Assembly (NCBI GenBank): GCA_030141605.1
Contig: JAQGDQ010000342.1
Location: forward strand, 124,001 to 188,000
Origin: Tubiluchus corallicola
Lineage: Eukaryota; Animalia; Priapulida
DNA length: 64,000 nt
Direction: 5' to 3'
Part shown: in pieces, positions 39,850 to 64,000 of the stretch
How positions within the stretch are numbered: the stretch's first letter is position 1
How the letters are laid out: each line of letters starts with the position of its first letter
Program-made: the position numbers and the translations under genes
Notes under the pieces: model-generated
The model's input: only the letters and a program-made list of their open reading frames with translations
Databases searched by the model: none
Told to the model about the DNA's origin: nothing

Positions 39850-40435
39850 AAGATGACAAGCTGACAAAACCTACTATCCAATGAAATAAAACAAATAGAA
39901 TCTCTTCGCCACTTTAAAAAGAAATTGAAAGAATATCAATATAACAGGTTTCAACTTCCGCATTGTGCATCTGATACTAATTACACAGACTCAACTTTCA
40001 TCTACCCCCGCCCCTGACTACACAAAACGATTAAAAATGATTTTTTTTTTAAAAATTATGTAATGTAATACGTGTTATGTTAGTTTTGTAATGTCAAATG
40101 TATAAATAGTGTAAATGTAATGAGCGAAATTTATGTAATGTAAAGCATGTTTCTGTTAATTGTGTCATGTCAAATGTATATATAGTGTAAAATATGTCAT
40201 GTAAAATTTAATGTACTTTTGTAAAATTGTTTTGTAAAAATATCTTAATATGGTGTTTGTAAATATGTTCATTTATTGTATATAATTAGGCCTTAGTTTT
40301 TCGCTTTAGTTTTTTTTAGTCTGCACCGGACGCATTTGTCTTGAACTTGTGTTGTTATCTTAACATTACGCTGAGGCTTACTCAATTATATTATAATGAA
40401 TGAACCATTTTAGTGACAAATAAAGAAATAAAGAA
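39850..40435 (+). mobile_element. LINE 3'-end remnant in the presumed 5'-UTR intron of ERGIC3
   Basis: EIKQIESLRHFKKKLKEY-like ORF2 end, AT-rich UTR, tail AAATAAAGAAATAAAG. Confidence 0.5.
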
Positions 40436-40682
40436 TTAATATCTATGCATGTATGTATATATATATATATATATAAAGTTAGCAACTAAATAATGTACAG
40501 GAGAGGAGGCATTTGACTGCTGCATTTTAGTCATAACATTAACTTATACATACTTTTGATCTATCAGTTATAAAATGGTAGTTTCATATATTGCAAAGGT
40601 GAAATTGAAAGGCGACACAAAGTGTGCAAAGTAAGTTTTCAAATGTTTGCATTAAAATCTTGTTCATTTTTTATTAGGCACA

Positions 40683-41846
40683 ATGCATGCGAAAGACATC
40701 ATACAAAAGTTGCGAAAGTTTGACGCTTATCCAAAAACTTTAGACGACTTTAGGATAAAGACATTTGGTGGCGCCACAGTAACTTTGGTCAGTGGTCTAC
40801 TGATGTTTGTTTTATTTATGTCAGAATTCAGCTTTTACCTTACTAAGGAAGTTCATGCTGATTTATTTGTGGATACATCCAGGGGACAAAAACTACGTAT
40901 AAACATGGATGTTACATTCCATCGAGTGTCGTGCTCCCTTCTCAGCATTGATGCCATGGATGTATCCGGCGAATCACAAATTGATGTTGCTCATAATATA
41001 CTGAAACAACGACTAGATCTCAATGGGGAACCCATTCAAGAACCGGAGAAAGGAGATATCGGCGACAAGTCGGAAGAAATCGTTGAATCGCTGAAGCAGA
41101 CGCTGAACGAAAGTCGATGCGAGAGTTGTTACGGTGCCGAAACGGTGATGTACCCGTGTTGTAACACGTGTGAAGACGTGCGAGAGGCATACAGGAGGAA
41201 GGGTTGGGCCTTCACCAACCCTGCTGATATCGCACAATGCAACAGGGAAGGTTGGTCCGAGAAACTTGCTCAGCAAACCCGAGAAGGGTGCCACCTGACT
41301 GGATATTTAGAGGTGAATAAGGTAGCCGGTAATTTTCATATCGCACCTGGCAAGAGCTTTCAGCAGCATCATTTACACGTGCACGATATGCAGTCGGTAG
41401 ACGGCAGAAACTTTAACATGTCACATTTCATTAAGTCTTTCTCGTTTGGAGAACCGTATCCGGGGATGGTGAATCCGCTTGATAAACTCGAAGTGACCGC
41501 TCACAAACCACAAATGATGTTTCAGTATTTTGTGAAAGTCGTTCCGACGACATACGAGAATCTTGATTCTACCGTGCTTTATACGAATCAGTATTCCGTA
41601 ACTACAAACACGAAAGTCGTCAAGTCGTCTTTCGGAGAGCAGGGCTTACCCGGGTTCTTCATGTCGTATGAACTTTCTCCGATGATGGTGAAATTTACCG
41701 AGAAGAAGCGATCTTTTTTACATTTTTTAACTGGTGTCTGTGCAATTGTCGGCGGAGTTTTTACAGTAGCAGGTCTCATAGATGCCTTTATTTATCATTC
41801 AGCACAACGGATTCAGCGGAAAATAGAGCTAGGCAAATCATCGTGA
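40683..41846 (+). CDS. ERGIC3: Endoplasmic reticulum-Golgi intermediate compartment protein 3, single coding exon, 387 aa
   Basis: LRKFDAYPKTLDDFRIKTFGG, CESCYGAE..CCNTCEDVREAYRRKGW, VNKVAGNFHIAPG, FQYFVKVVPT, C-terminal KIELGKSS. An acceptor tttttattag|gcaca lies just before the ATG. Confidence 0.96.
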   Translation: MHAKDIIQKLRKFDAYPKTLDDFRIKTFGGATVTLVSGLLMFVLFMSEFSFYLTKEVHADLFVDTSRGQKLRINMDVTFHRVSCSLLSIDAMDVSGESQIDVAHNILKQRLDLNGEPIQEPEKGDIGDKSEEIVESLKQTLNESRCESCYGAETVMYPCCNTCEDVREAYRRKGWAFTNPADIAQCNREGWSEKLAQQTREGCHLTGYLEVNKVAGNFHIAPGKSFQQHHLHVHDMQSVDGRNFNMSHFIKSFSFGEPYPGMVNPLDKLEVTAHKPQMMFQYFVKVVPTTYENLDSTVLYTNQYSVTTNTKVVKSSFGEQGLPGFFMSYELSPMMVKFTEKKRSFLHFLTGVCAIVGGVFTVAGLIDAFIYHSAQRIQRKIELGKSS

Positions 41847-42395
41847 TGCTTCCAACCGTATAAAATTTTATTTTATCTACCTAAATGTAAATAATTACTG
41901 GCACACAATGAGCTATGTATTTGAACTCGCTACAATGTAATTAAAGAACAAGATTTACATGATTTTATTTCTGTGTCTTTGTTTAGGTGACGGAGTATGC
42001 ATGGATGTTATAATTATATAATTAAATAAGTACCGACAGACCATGATGTGCGTCTGTCATTATTTAGACATGTAAGACGTACTCTCTTTTCCAAAGGGGT
42101 CATGTAAAACATGTCCACTAAATGAAATTAAGTTTCACTTGAAGCACTTCATTTTTTTAAATTCATATCGTAGATGTTGTTTCACTTTATTTGTATAGGG
42201 TTAGTAGGAATAGGTACAATCATTAAATATGTTATAAAGGCTGGAAAGAATAATATACGTAGAAATACCACATGATATAGACTGTACGTACGTATATACT
42301 CTTGCATTGCTGTGTCATCGCAGATCTCATAGTTAGTAGCAATACGATGTCGTGGGTTGAATAATTACAGTAATTTCTAGTCGTATGTAGGAAGC

Positions 42396-42539
42396 CAGGG
42401 GTGTGCAAATTGCTGCCCGTCGAAAGAATTTGTGCGGCCCGCGATCCCAAAGATAGTGCGGGTGGTTTTTTCTACTAGATCGGATGCCATTAATACTATA
42501 GTAGTATAGTTTTTTCTACTAGATCGGATCACACCCCTG
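42396..42539. mobile_element. Internally deleted hAT MITE, same family as 22273-22743
   Basis: Ends CAGGGGTGTG / CACACCCCTG; TSD TAGGAAGC / TAGTAAGC; shares gatcccaaagatagtgcggg..ctactagatcggatgcca. Confidence 0.8.
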
Positions 42540-44706
42540 TAGTAAGCTAATGATTATTATCTCATTGCAGAAATTTATAAAAGAGTTTGTCATTTTTGCT
42601 GAGACGTTCAGACTTCATTTTGAAAATTGTTTTGATTGTTTAAAGGGGAAGAAAATGGAATTTGATGTATATCCCATAGAACTTCCCATACGTAGTATAT
42701 TACTTAGCAGTACGTTCACTTGTTTGAAAGACTTGTATAGTTGAAAAAGAAAATTCTTAATAATCTAAATGTTTGTGCCACTTGGTAAAATGGCACTGCT
42801 TTACCTAAAAAGACATAGTTGATCCTGCCAGTTATATAAAATAATTGCATGGTTTTGCTTAGTTAGTGAAGAGTGGTTTACGAATGCTCTGATTATTTTT
42901 CAAACTTATATGTTGTTATCTAAACTTGTTTTATACGACTTACCGTTAAAATGGGTGCACGTAACTGTCATTGCGGGAATTTACATTTACAAGTTTTTTA
43001 CAGAGTTACTGCCAACGCAAGCTCTGTACGCAATAACATAGCATGCAAGAGGTGTAAAAATTTTAAAAATATAAAATAGGAGAGGCATAAGTTGAATTTT
43101 TAAGCTTTATTTATCATGGGTGTTTTTTGAGCTTTAAGATTTTGGAGTCCTCTGTTTGAGGACTTGCCAGTAATGATAGCACTAGGTGTACCTATCGCTA
43201 GTTGTAACCTCGGGTGTGGACAAAATTATTTCAGGATTTTCTGTTTCACTCTTTACCGTTTTACTTGCTCAAACACCAAAACAGTCTGCAGCTTTGCATT
43301 TTCTTTTGTACGTTTCATTCTCGTAGCGTTAATTTGCATCAAATCAATAGTTTTGTGGTATGTTTGTGTTGGCAGGTATGTACAAGTAAGACGCTTCATT
43401 TTCTCCTCGTCAGTTTGTTATGCTGATTTGCAATCCTGCCCTGAGGTGCAGAATGGAAATGCGATGAGGAAAAGCGTCCTGAGACAAGCAGTTTTCCATT
43501 AGTCTTGATCACAGACAATTTTCATGAAGTGTTTCTCTTTCAAAGTACCTAGTGTTGTGTTTGACTATTTTAGTTTGGGAAAGCATAATGTAATGGTCCA
43601 AATCATTGGCTCTAGAGAATACTTTAGAATGATTTTCACAGCTATGATCAACTAATTGTGATCAAACAAACTATGATCAAACAAACAATAGTTCCAGCCA
43701 TGGATTAAATATCCTCTTGGTGTTGCCTGTACGGGCAGGATTTTCTTAAGCTTGTCTGGGAAGTCTAGCCATCGTTTTCGGTCCGTCAAACCAAGTCCTA
43801 GCACAGAGTGAGGAAACTATGTCATGTTAAAGATTAAGTGTAGTTCTTTACTGCCTGTTAAGGTAAATAATTTGTAATATGCTTCTATGCAAGCACTAAA
43901 TATGTTGTCATTGTTGATTAATGGATTTTTTATGTTATTGCAAGTGCAGTTATAAAGGGTTTCGGGTTTTAAATGTTCGTATCTTCTTATTTATGGTTTC
44001 CAACTAGACCTATTATCAGACAGGTTTAAAAAGACAACTCTTGAATTTGTGTTTCTTTTTGGTGTTTCATTCATTTAAATGGCACCATATTGTGAATTTT
44101 AATAATAAAGTTAAAAGTTTGTGAAATTTTAGAAGTGTATTTCACACACTCTGTTTATAATTTCAATTTGTATAAAAATTTGCAGAAATGGCAGTTAGCA
44201 TTTTTAATGGCAAAACAAGCTTTACAAGATCATATAATGCAGAAAATATTTTGTTATACAGCAACTGGTAACAGAATTAACATTTGTTTAGGACAAAAAA
44301 ACCTGTGATAGCAGTTAACTAAACGAAAATGCACCGAACTAGTTTTCTTTTAAAATTCATTTAGTTTAACAGAATTCAGCTACTTCTCTGAAAATTAAAT
44401 CTACGCACACCGAGAGAGCACATTTTCATAAAGTGTAGGAAAAAAAGAGCAAAAATATTGCAACATTGAACTTCTGCTATAACATCACTCTGTTAACTCA
44501 GTAAAATTACCAAACATTTGATTATTTATGACTAGCTGATGCTGTAACTTGACACGATAACACCAGAAAAACCTGAAAAAGAAAAAATCAAAATCAAAGT
44601 TTCAAAAAAAAACTTCAGTATTTTGACTTTCTTATGCATAATGATGTTATTAAGGAGAAACGGTAGCAACAGAAAAGTAAGCAGAACAATATGATTGAGA
44701 ACAAAA

Positions 44707-45123
44707 CGGGGGGGGGGCGCCCCCCTTGTCAAAATTTTGCGCCCCCCTGCAAAATCGGAGAAATAATTTTTTTTGCAGTGAAAATTGCAGTTCGCATGTA
44801 ATCATTTTCAATATTAATTAGAATTAGGTAAAAAATGTTTGGTAGCTTCAGTGTATTATTTTCTTAAAACTTGTGTGTGATAAATTTCTGTAAATAACAA
44901 ATTAGTTAGAGGCACATTAATAACGTTAGGTTAACTGAGAGTTAATTTTCTCATTATTGCTTTGTCCGCTACGCCGTCCTACACACGCTAATTATAGGCC
45001 TGCATGCAGTATAAAAGGGGTTAAAATTGGCTTAACCATTATTTAACCACTTCGGATACCTCGCCGCCCCCCAGAAAATTTTTGCGCCCCCCCCCCTGCC
45101 TGCCACATCTAGTTCCGGCGCTG
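44707..45123. mobile_element. Truncated hAT-like MITE in the troponin T 3' region
   Basis: GCGCCCCCC subterminal repeats at both ends; right terminus CTAGTTCCGGCGCTG; left TIR missing. Confidence 0.5.
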
Positions 45124-45573
45124 GAACAAAAGTGAATGCATTCAACAATGGCAATGCTATTTTACTACCAGCTTTTTACATTACAACATCCTGAGCATTA
45201 AGGACCAATTGTTTTCCAAAGAAACATCTTTACTTCCATTGTGCCAACAACCTTGGTTATTCCTTTTTTATTGAGCTTAGTATGTAGAAATGCCTTCTTA
45301 ATTTGTTATCGTAAGAATACTTTTAAATTTGAGCAACCTATCCAACATGCCTTCACCAGCCATTGGTGTTAGTGGTGCCCAAGGCCAACAGATGGTGCTG
45401 TGACAAATGATCCTTCACGCCCAATTCTCACATGCATTATATCAATTTCATTTTTTTCAGATTTCATAAGTTGTTAAAGAGAAAGTCTAATCTTGGGCCC
45501 ATCCAGTTGAGATATACTATTGTAAGTTAAGAAACTTTTGTACTTACCATAAAAAAGCAGTAAAAAGCTAATA

Positions 45574-58881
<13,308 letters not shown>

Positions 58882-59088
58882 TTTGCAAAGTTATTTGTGG
58901 AAGAAAACTGCAAAAAAGATGAAAAACTTTACCTAAAAACTCTTGGTGTAGGTTAAAATATTAAGCTGTGGATGACGTGAGGGAAAATGTTTTCTAATCC
59001 ACCTGCAGATTTTAGCTACTTAATAGGCAAGTGTCGAATTTTTGTGTGCAGTGCCATATACTAGGAAAATAGATCTCCAGTATGTGTG

Positions 59089-59300
59089 AAAGTTTGCAAC
59101 TTTTGCTTCTGCTGAAAAGGCATACATTTATAAAAAGCCTACATGTCACACCGATAGCATATAAATTGCAATTTTTGCTTCTGCTGAAAAGGCATACATT
59201 TATAAAAAGCCTACATGTCACACCAATAGCGTATAAATTGCAATTTTTGCTTCTGCTGAAAAGGCATACATTTATAAAGAGCCTACATGTCACGCCAATA
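59089..59300. repeat. 72-bp tandem repeat, three copies
   Basis: ttgcaatttttgcttctgctgaaaaggcatacatttataaaaagcctacatgtcacacc..; 24-aa periodicity in the ORF track. Confidence 0.95.
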
Positions 59301-59829
59301 CGTAGTAGCGTATACAACTGCCCATATCGATAGCGTTTGAGTTTAACAATCTACAAAACTAAAACCAGCACCTGTGCCCCATAGAATTCTAGATGGTGGT
59401 GGTTAGACTGGAAATTAGTGCATTTTTAAAGAAAATCGAGTGAGATGAGATATTAAACTGATAGAAGGGGAGCTTAGAAGCGGCAGGTTGTGTTTGCTAA
59501 CTTTCTTTCACAAGAAGTTAAGTCAAAGGAGTAGGATTACATATTGCAGATAAAGGCAGTATGGCAAACATGGACAATTTCAGTCACCCATTCATTTATC
59601 AACCAGGCCCAGTGTTCTATAACTTTGCAGTGAAGACATGTGAAGAGTTATGTCGCAGTTTCAGTGTAATATATCCAAGTATAGAAAAACTGTGACATAA
59701 TTATTACGTGAAACAAATAGCGTAATCGACGTTGTATGGATTGTATGGAACATAACACAGGCTATTCACCCATTTGGCCATTTCCTTCAGAAGAAGCCCT
59801 GCTTTTTGATTGCCGTGCAACGCATTTAC

Positions 59830-59831
<2 letters not shown>

Positions 59832-59918
<87 letters not shown>

Positions 59919-59992
59919 CTCTCTCTCTCTCTCTCCTTCCCTCTCTCTCTCTCTCTGTCTCCTCCCTCTCTCCCTCTCTCCATCTCTCTGTT

Positions 59993-60077
<85 letters not shown>
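59832..60077. repeat. (CT)n microsatellite
   Basis: Direct inspection. Confidence 0.97.
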
Positions 60078-60080
<3 letters not shown>

Positions 60081-61129
60081 CATGAGTCTTTTCTTGTTCA
60101 CAAACAGTATAGAAGATTGTGCAGTGTTCATCGCAGGCCTTTTCGCTGTACTTTTCTACACAAAATTGTTGTTAAGGTTACGCGGCAAGTTCTCAATTTA
60201 TCCAGAAATAGTGATAGGAGCCTTGATGGTGTAATTTTTTGCGATACAATGTAGTGATCATCACCATAAGTTTACATTCATTTTTGCGTGTTTCTATTAT
60301 TGTAATAATTTCGATAAGATGATATAATATATCAAAAAATGACATCTTCATCCGTGCTTTTCAATGACAATTTATCACCACCAACTGAAGAGTAACTTGA
60401 AAATGTTCGTTTGTGTGCGCCTGGTGGAATCTCAATCATTAACTCTTTTAACTTCTTTCTCTTCTATGCCTTACGCACGTTATTAGCACGCCGTAAAACA
60501 TTAAAATATTTAAACATTCTCAACTGGAATTTCGGCAATGGCGGGCGACATATTTCCACTATTTATTCTCACTCTACAAACAACACTACTTATTAGTCAA
60601 CATGTGCGAATCTGTTAAACATAGCTCCCAGTGGCTTCACGAAGGTACCATTCGCGGACGAAGGGGTGGGTAGGTACAAGTACAAAAGTTCGTTTAGAGC
60701 TATCGCAATACATTGACGAGCAAAAACCCGGTCTCACCGTTGTATTGGGGCCCAAGCTCAGTGTAAGTACAGTGAGAGAGAAAGAGAGAAAAAGAAGGGG
60801 ACAGAAAGAGAGACGACGTATTAGCAGGGTTTTTCTGTAATCCACAAAAACACTTTGTTATCTGTAACACAAATGACGTAAAAATGAACTCCAGTCGTGT
60901 TTTTGTTAGCATATATGCTTTCTTAAAACACATTTTAGTTTTCCATTTATTAGGTAAATGGTTCAGGTAGTTATATTGTTTCACAACTAGCTAACTGCGT
61001 TGTATCCTTTTGTGAGAATTAGTTCATAAAACAAGATTATTTAAAGAGACTTAGTTTGCAAACTGTATTCTTTTTTACTAGCATTGCAATGACAAAATTA
61101 TTAGACATAAAGGCACAAAGTCCCCCAGC

Positions 61130-61295
61130 ACTTCTGTATATATTTGATGGGTAGCGCTGCCCCTTTCTCTGATATGGGTAAATCGTTGGCTTCTTTGCCC
61201 TCAAAAATAGACCCAAGCTGCTCGCACTGGTCCAGGCCGACACGCTGTGGTGTAAGCATCTCATGCGTGCCATATTTGGAAAGGGGTATATAGGA
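61130..61295 (-). promoter_or_regulatory. Candidate muscle promoter/enhancer of troponin T
   Basis: Perfect CArG box CCATATTTGG at 61270-61279, near-MEF2 TCAAAAATAG at 61201-61210, and TATA-like TATATA at ~61137-61142, ~2.3 kb upstream of the ATG exon, whose acceptor is at 58907/58908. Confidence 0.45.
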
Positions 61296-61845
61296 GGCGA
61301 GAAAGAGAGAGAGTGTGTGAGACGTCGAAGAGCGCGAGTTTCTATATTTCTCGAAGCCCTTATTGTTTGCTTTCATAGTACGTGCTTTCACGGTGCAACA
61401 CGTGTCCTGGGTTTAGTTTTACAGCCGCTTTAATTACTGAACAGGCTGTACAATTTAAAACTCTTCATGTAACCATATGATTGTATTCATTCTTGATAAA
61501 GACAAGAAAAACAAGGCACTTTTAGAGATTTGTGTTACACTATAAAAGTGTAATTTAGATATACATGTATTATAATAGGCCTAGGTCCCATTCATGCATG
61601 GACAACGGTAAAAAAGTTTGAGCCTAGAAATGATGTTAGAATCTTATTATATTAATTTTTAACGATAACTCGCTTTTTGGTTTGAAATTAAGCCATGTCG
61701 ATATTACAAAGCTTGCAATTTCTCTGATTTACAACGCTAGTTGTCCGATTTACAAGACTAGTATCGGCTACGTGAGAGTTTGTACTATATTCTTCTTGCA
61801 GAAAACAGGTATAAAGTATACACAGGTAATGTAGAAGCTGTTTAG

Positions 61846-61897
<52 letters not shown>

Positions 61898-61927
61898 GAG
61901 TAAGTAAGTAAGTAAGCAAGCAAGTAA
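61846..61927. repeat. (AAGT)n tetranucleotide repeat
   Basis: Direct inspection; probably a minus-strand LINE tail, as TTTATT is adjacent. Confidence 0.9.
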
Positions 61928-63544
61928 TTTATTGTCATAATTTTATAATTACAATGAAATTTGTGCGGTTTTACGTACTACAACAGAAATAAATTCAATC
62001 AACCGTTACATACGTGCTAATAAGCTACTTACAGTGATATAGAGAAAATTACTGAAATTTACTGTTGGCAGTGCGAACTGCGACAGGACAGAAAGAATCT
62101 AAAGTCTTTGTGGTTTTAGCGTTAAGCGAACGGTATTTACGGCCATTTTCAAAAAATGTATGACCAGAATGACATGGGCTATTAATGATATAACTTGTGC
62201 TCACGTTGCAACCCTAGTTTCGTGCAAATCTGTTACAGGTTGCTGTTCAATACCTATTATTTTTGAAGCGGGTTTAACATTCGGATCGAGAGCATTATGA
62301 TCTCCCTGCGTGATAGCCCCATGTCAAAGAGTGAGGGCTGTCGTTAAGACAGTTTCAATTACTGCCCGATTAAAATTCGCCATCACAGCAGGGGAAATGT
62401 TAAATGATTTAAGTTGTCTTAAAAAGTACGGACGCTGATGGGTCTTTTAACACAACAGAGCACGTTAGCTTCACATTTAAGATCATCTAAACTTTTACTT
62501 CCAGAAATTTTAAAACTTTGGCAATTTCAACGGCTGTATTATGTATAAGTAAAATTAAATGAAATACTTCTGCCCGAAAACCTTAATATAGCTGCCTTAG
62601 GAAATAATGATCTGTTGAAGTTGTTATTATTCGGAAAAGATGAATTTAACTATGTTGCTAACTGTAAAATATTCCTATGCATACTTGACTTCATATTACG
62701 TACTAAACGCTTCCAGTAGTTTCTATCTGGTATGAAATGCATCAGTCTTAAATAATCGTACATTAATATTTTCTAACCGTCATTTTCTACTAATGTCTAA
62801 TGTAAAACTTGTCAACTTGTGTAGTTATAGTCAATTCTTACTGTAAATGTTCTTGTAAATAGTGTATAAAGTCTGTTGTGGTGAGGATCCTAAATCATGT
62901 TGTTCAAACTGTCTGATCCAATCGTAAATAAATTATGTTTAAACTAAACTAAGTAAAGACACTATATTAGTAAATTTTATGAGTCTTTATTGTGATGAGC
63001 TTTCAATGCATTTCAGGTTGTAGTAATATTCAACAGCATGTTGCGTCATGTGTTCGTAAGAAGATGCCGACAGCCTATAGTTTTTCTGCTTAGTATAATT
63101 ATTGACATCTTCCACATGCAGAGGGCGCTGCTAGAGGGTGCTGTGACTGTTGTTACATCTGTCAACACAACAGTTTGACAAAATATTTTAGTGGTATAAT
63201 ACCAGCATGGATGTAATGAGTCTCGTGTTCTTCTTTTCAGATTTATAGTCTTGTTAAGGCGTGAATTCATACCGGGGAAGCCGTGAAACCACTAACTCAA
63301 ATTGGCTCTGGGATTACTGTCGCAGACATGTGTGTTCTGTTAAGTTGAGATCACGAATGGATCATTTTGAACTGATACACGTTGTTAAACACTTAGCAGC
63401 TGTTTTTTCTAATTGCTTAACTTCTGAAAACACAGTAATTATTGTCATAATAGTTTATGGCGACGAAAATAATATTTGCGAAATGAAACGATATTAAACT
63501 TTGAGGGATTGCGCGGGGGTTGCACAACAATAGGAAGCAAAATG

Positions 63545-64000
63545 AAAAGAATGGGAGAGGGAGCCAGATAGGTGAGAGAGCGAGAGAAGCTGAGGAGACA
63601 AGGGAGGATGAGAGGAGAAAATGGAGAGGAGAAGATAGGATATGAGAGAAGAGAAGGAAATAGGAGAAAAAATAAGCGAGAGAGACAGAAAAATAGGGCG
63701 GGACAGAGAGAGGGTTAGAAAAAGAGAGAGCGAGAGAGAAAGAGAGAGAGTGGAGAGGAGGGAAAAAGAGAAAGAGAGGGAGAGAAAGAGAGAGAGAGAG
63801 AGAGAGCGAGAGAGCGAGAGAGCGAGAGAAACTGAGGAGACAAGGGAGGAAGAAGAGAGGAGAGAAGAGAGAAGAGAAGAGAAGGAAATAGTAGAAAAAA
63901 TAAGCGAAAGAGACAGAAAAATAGGGTGGGAGAGAGAGAGGGTTAGAAAGAGAGAGAGAGCGAGAGAGAAAGAGAGAGAGGGAGAGAGAGAGAGAGAGAG
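63545..64000. repeat. GA-rich low-complexity tract with an internal duplication
   Basis: ctgaggagacaagggagga and aaaaataagcg..agacagaaaaataggg each occur twice, ~240 bp apart. Confidence 0.9.

Overview
AT-rich animal genomic DNA, probably lophotrochozoan, judged from the 5S-like sequence, troponin T type and repeat content. It is not prokaryotic. Gene order: (+) last coding exon of APPBP2 inside a ~3.5-4 kb tandem duplication; (-) FNBP4-like gene with 14 coding exons and two WW domains (~1263 aa, splice phases checked by hand); (+) tandem array of five intronless divergent ionotropic-receptor (IR) copies, 2 intact and 3 broken; (+) ERGIC3 with an intronless CDS; (-) troponin T with two microexons and a pair of 81-nt mutually exclusive exons. 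Introns hold a 5S-rRNA-headed SINE with a perfect TSD, a bipartite RTE element, several MITEs, a Penelope-like inverted repeat with decayed hammerhead motifs, a 36-bp minisatellite and microsatellites. The most unusual items are an intronic inverted copy of FNBP4 exon 5 that could loop out the WW1 exon, a minisatellite built from a splice donor, the mosaic IR paralogues, the duplicated APPBP2 3' end and the troponin T exon pair. I see no convincing wholly new multi-gene system. Homology calls are from recall, not database searches.
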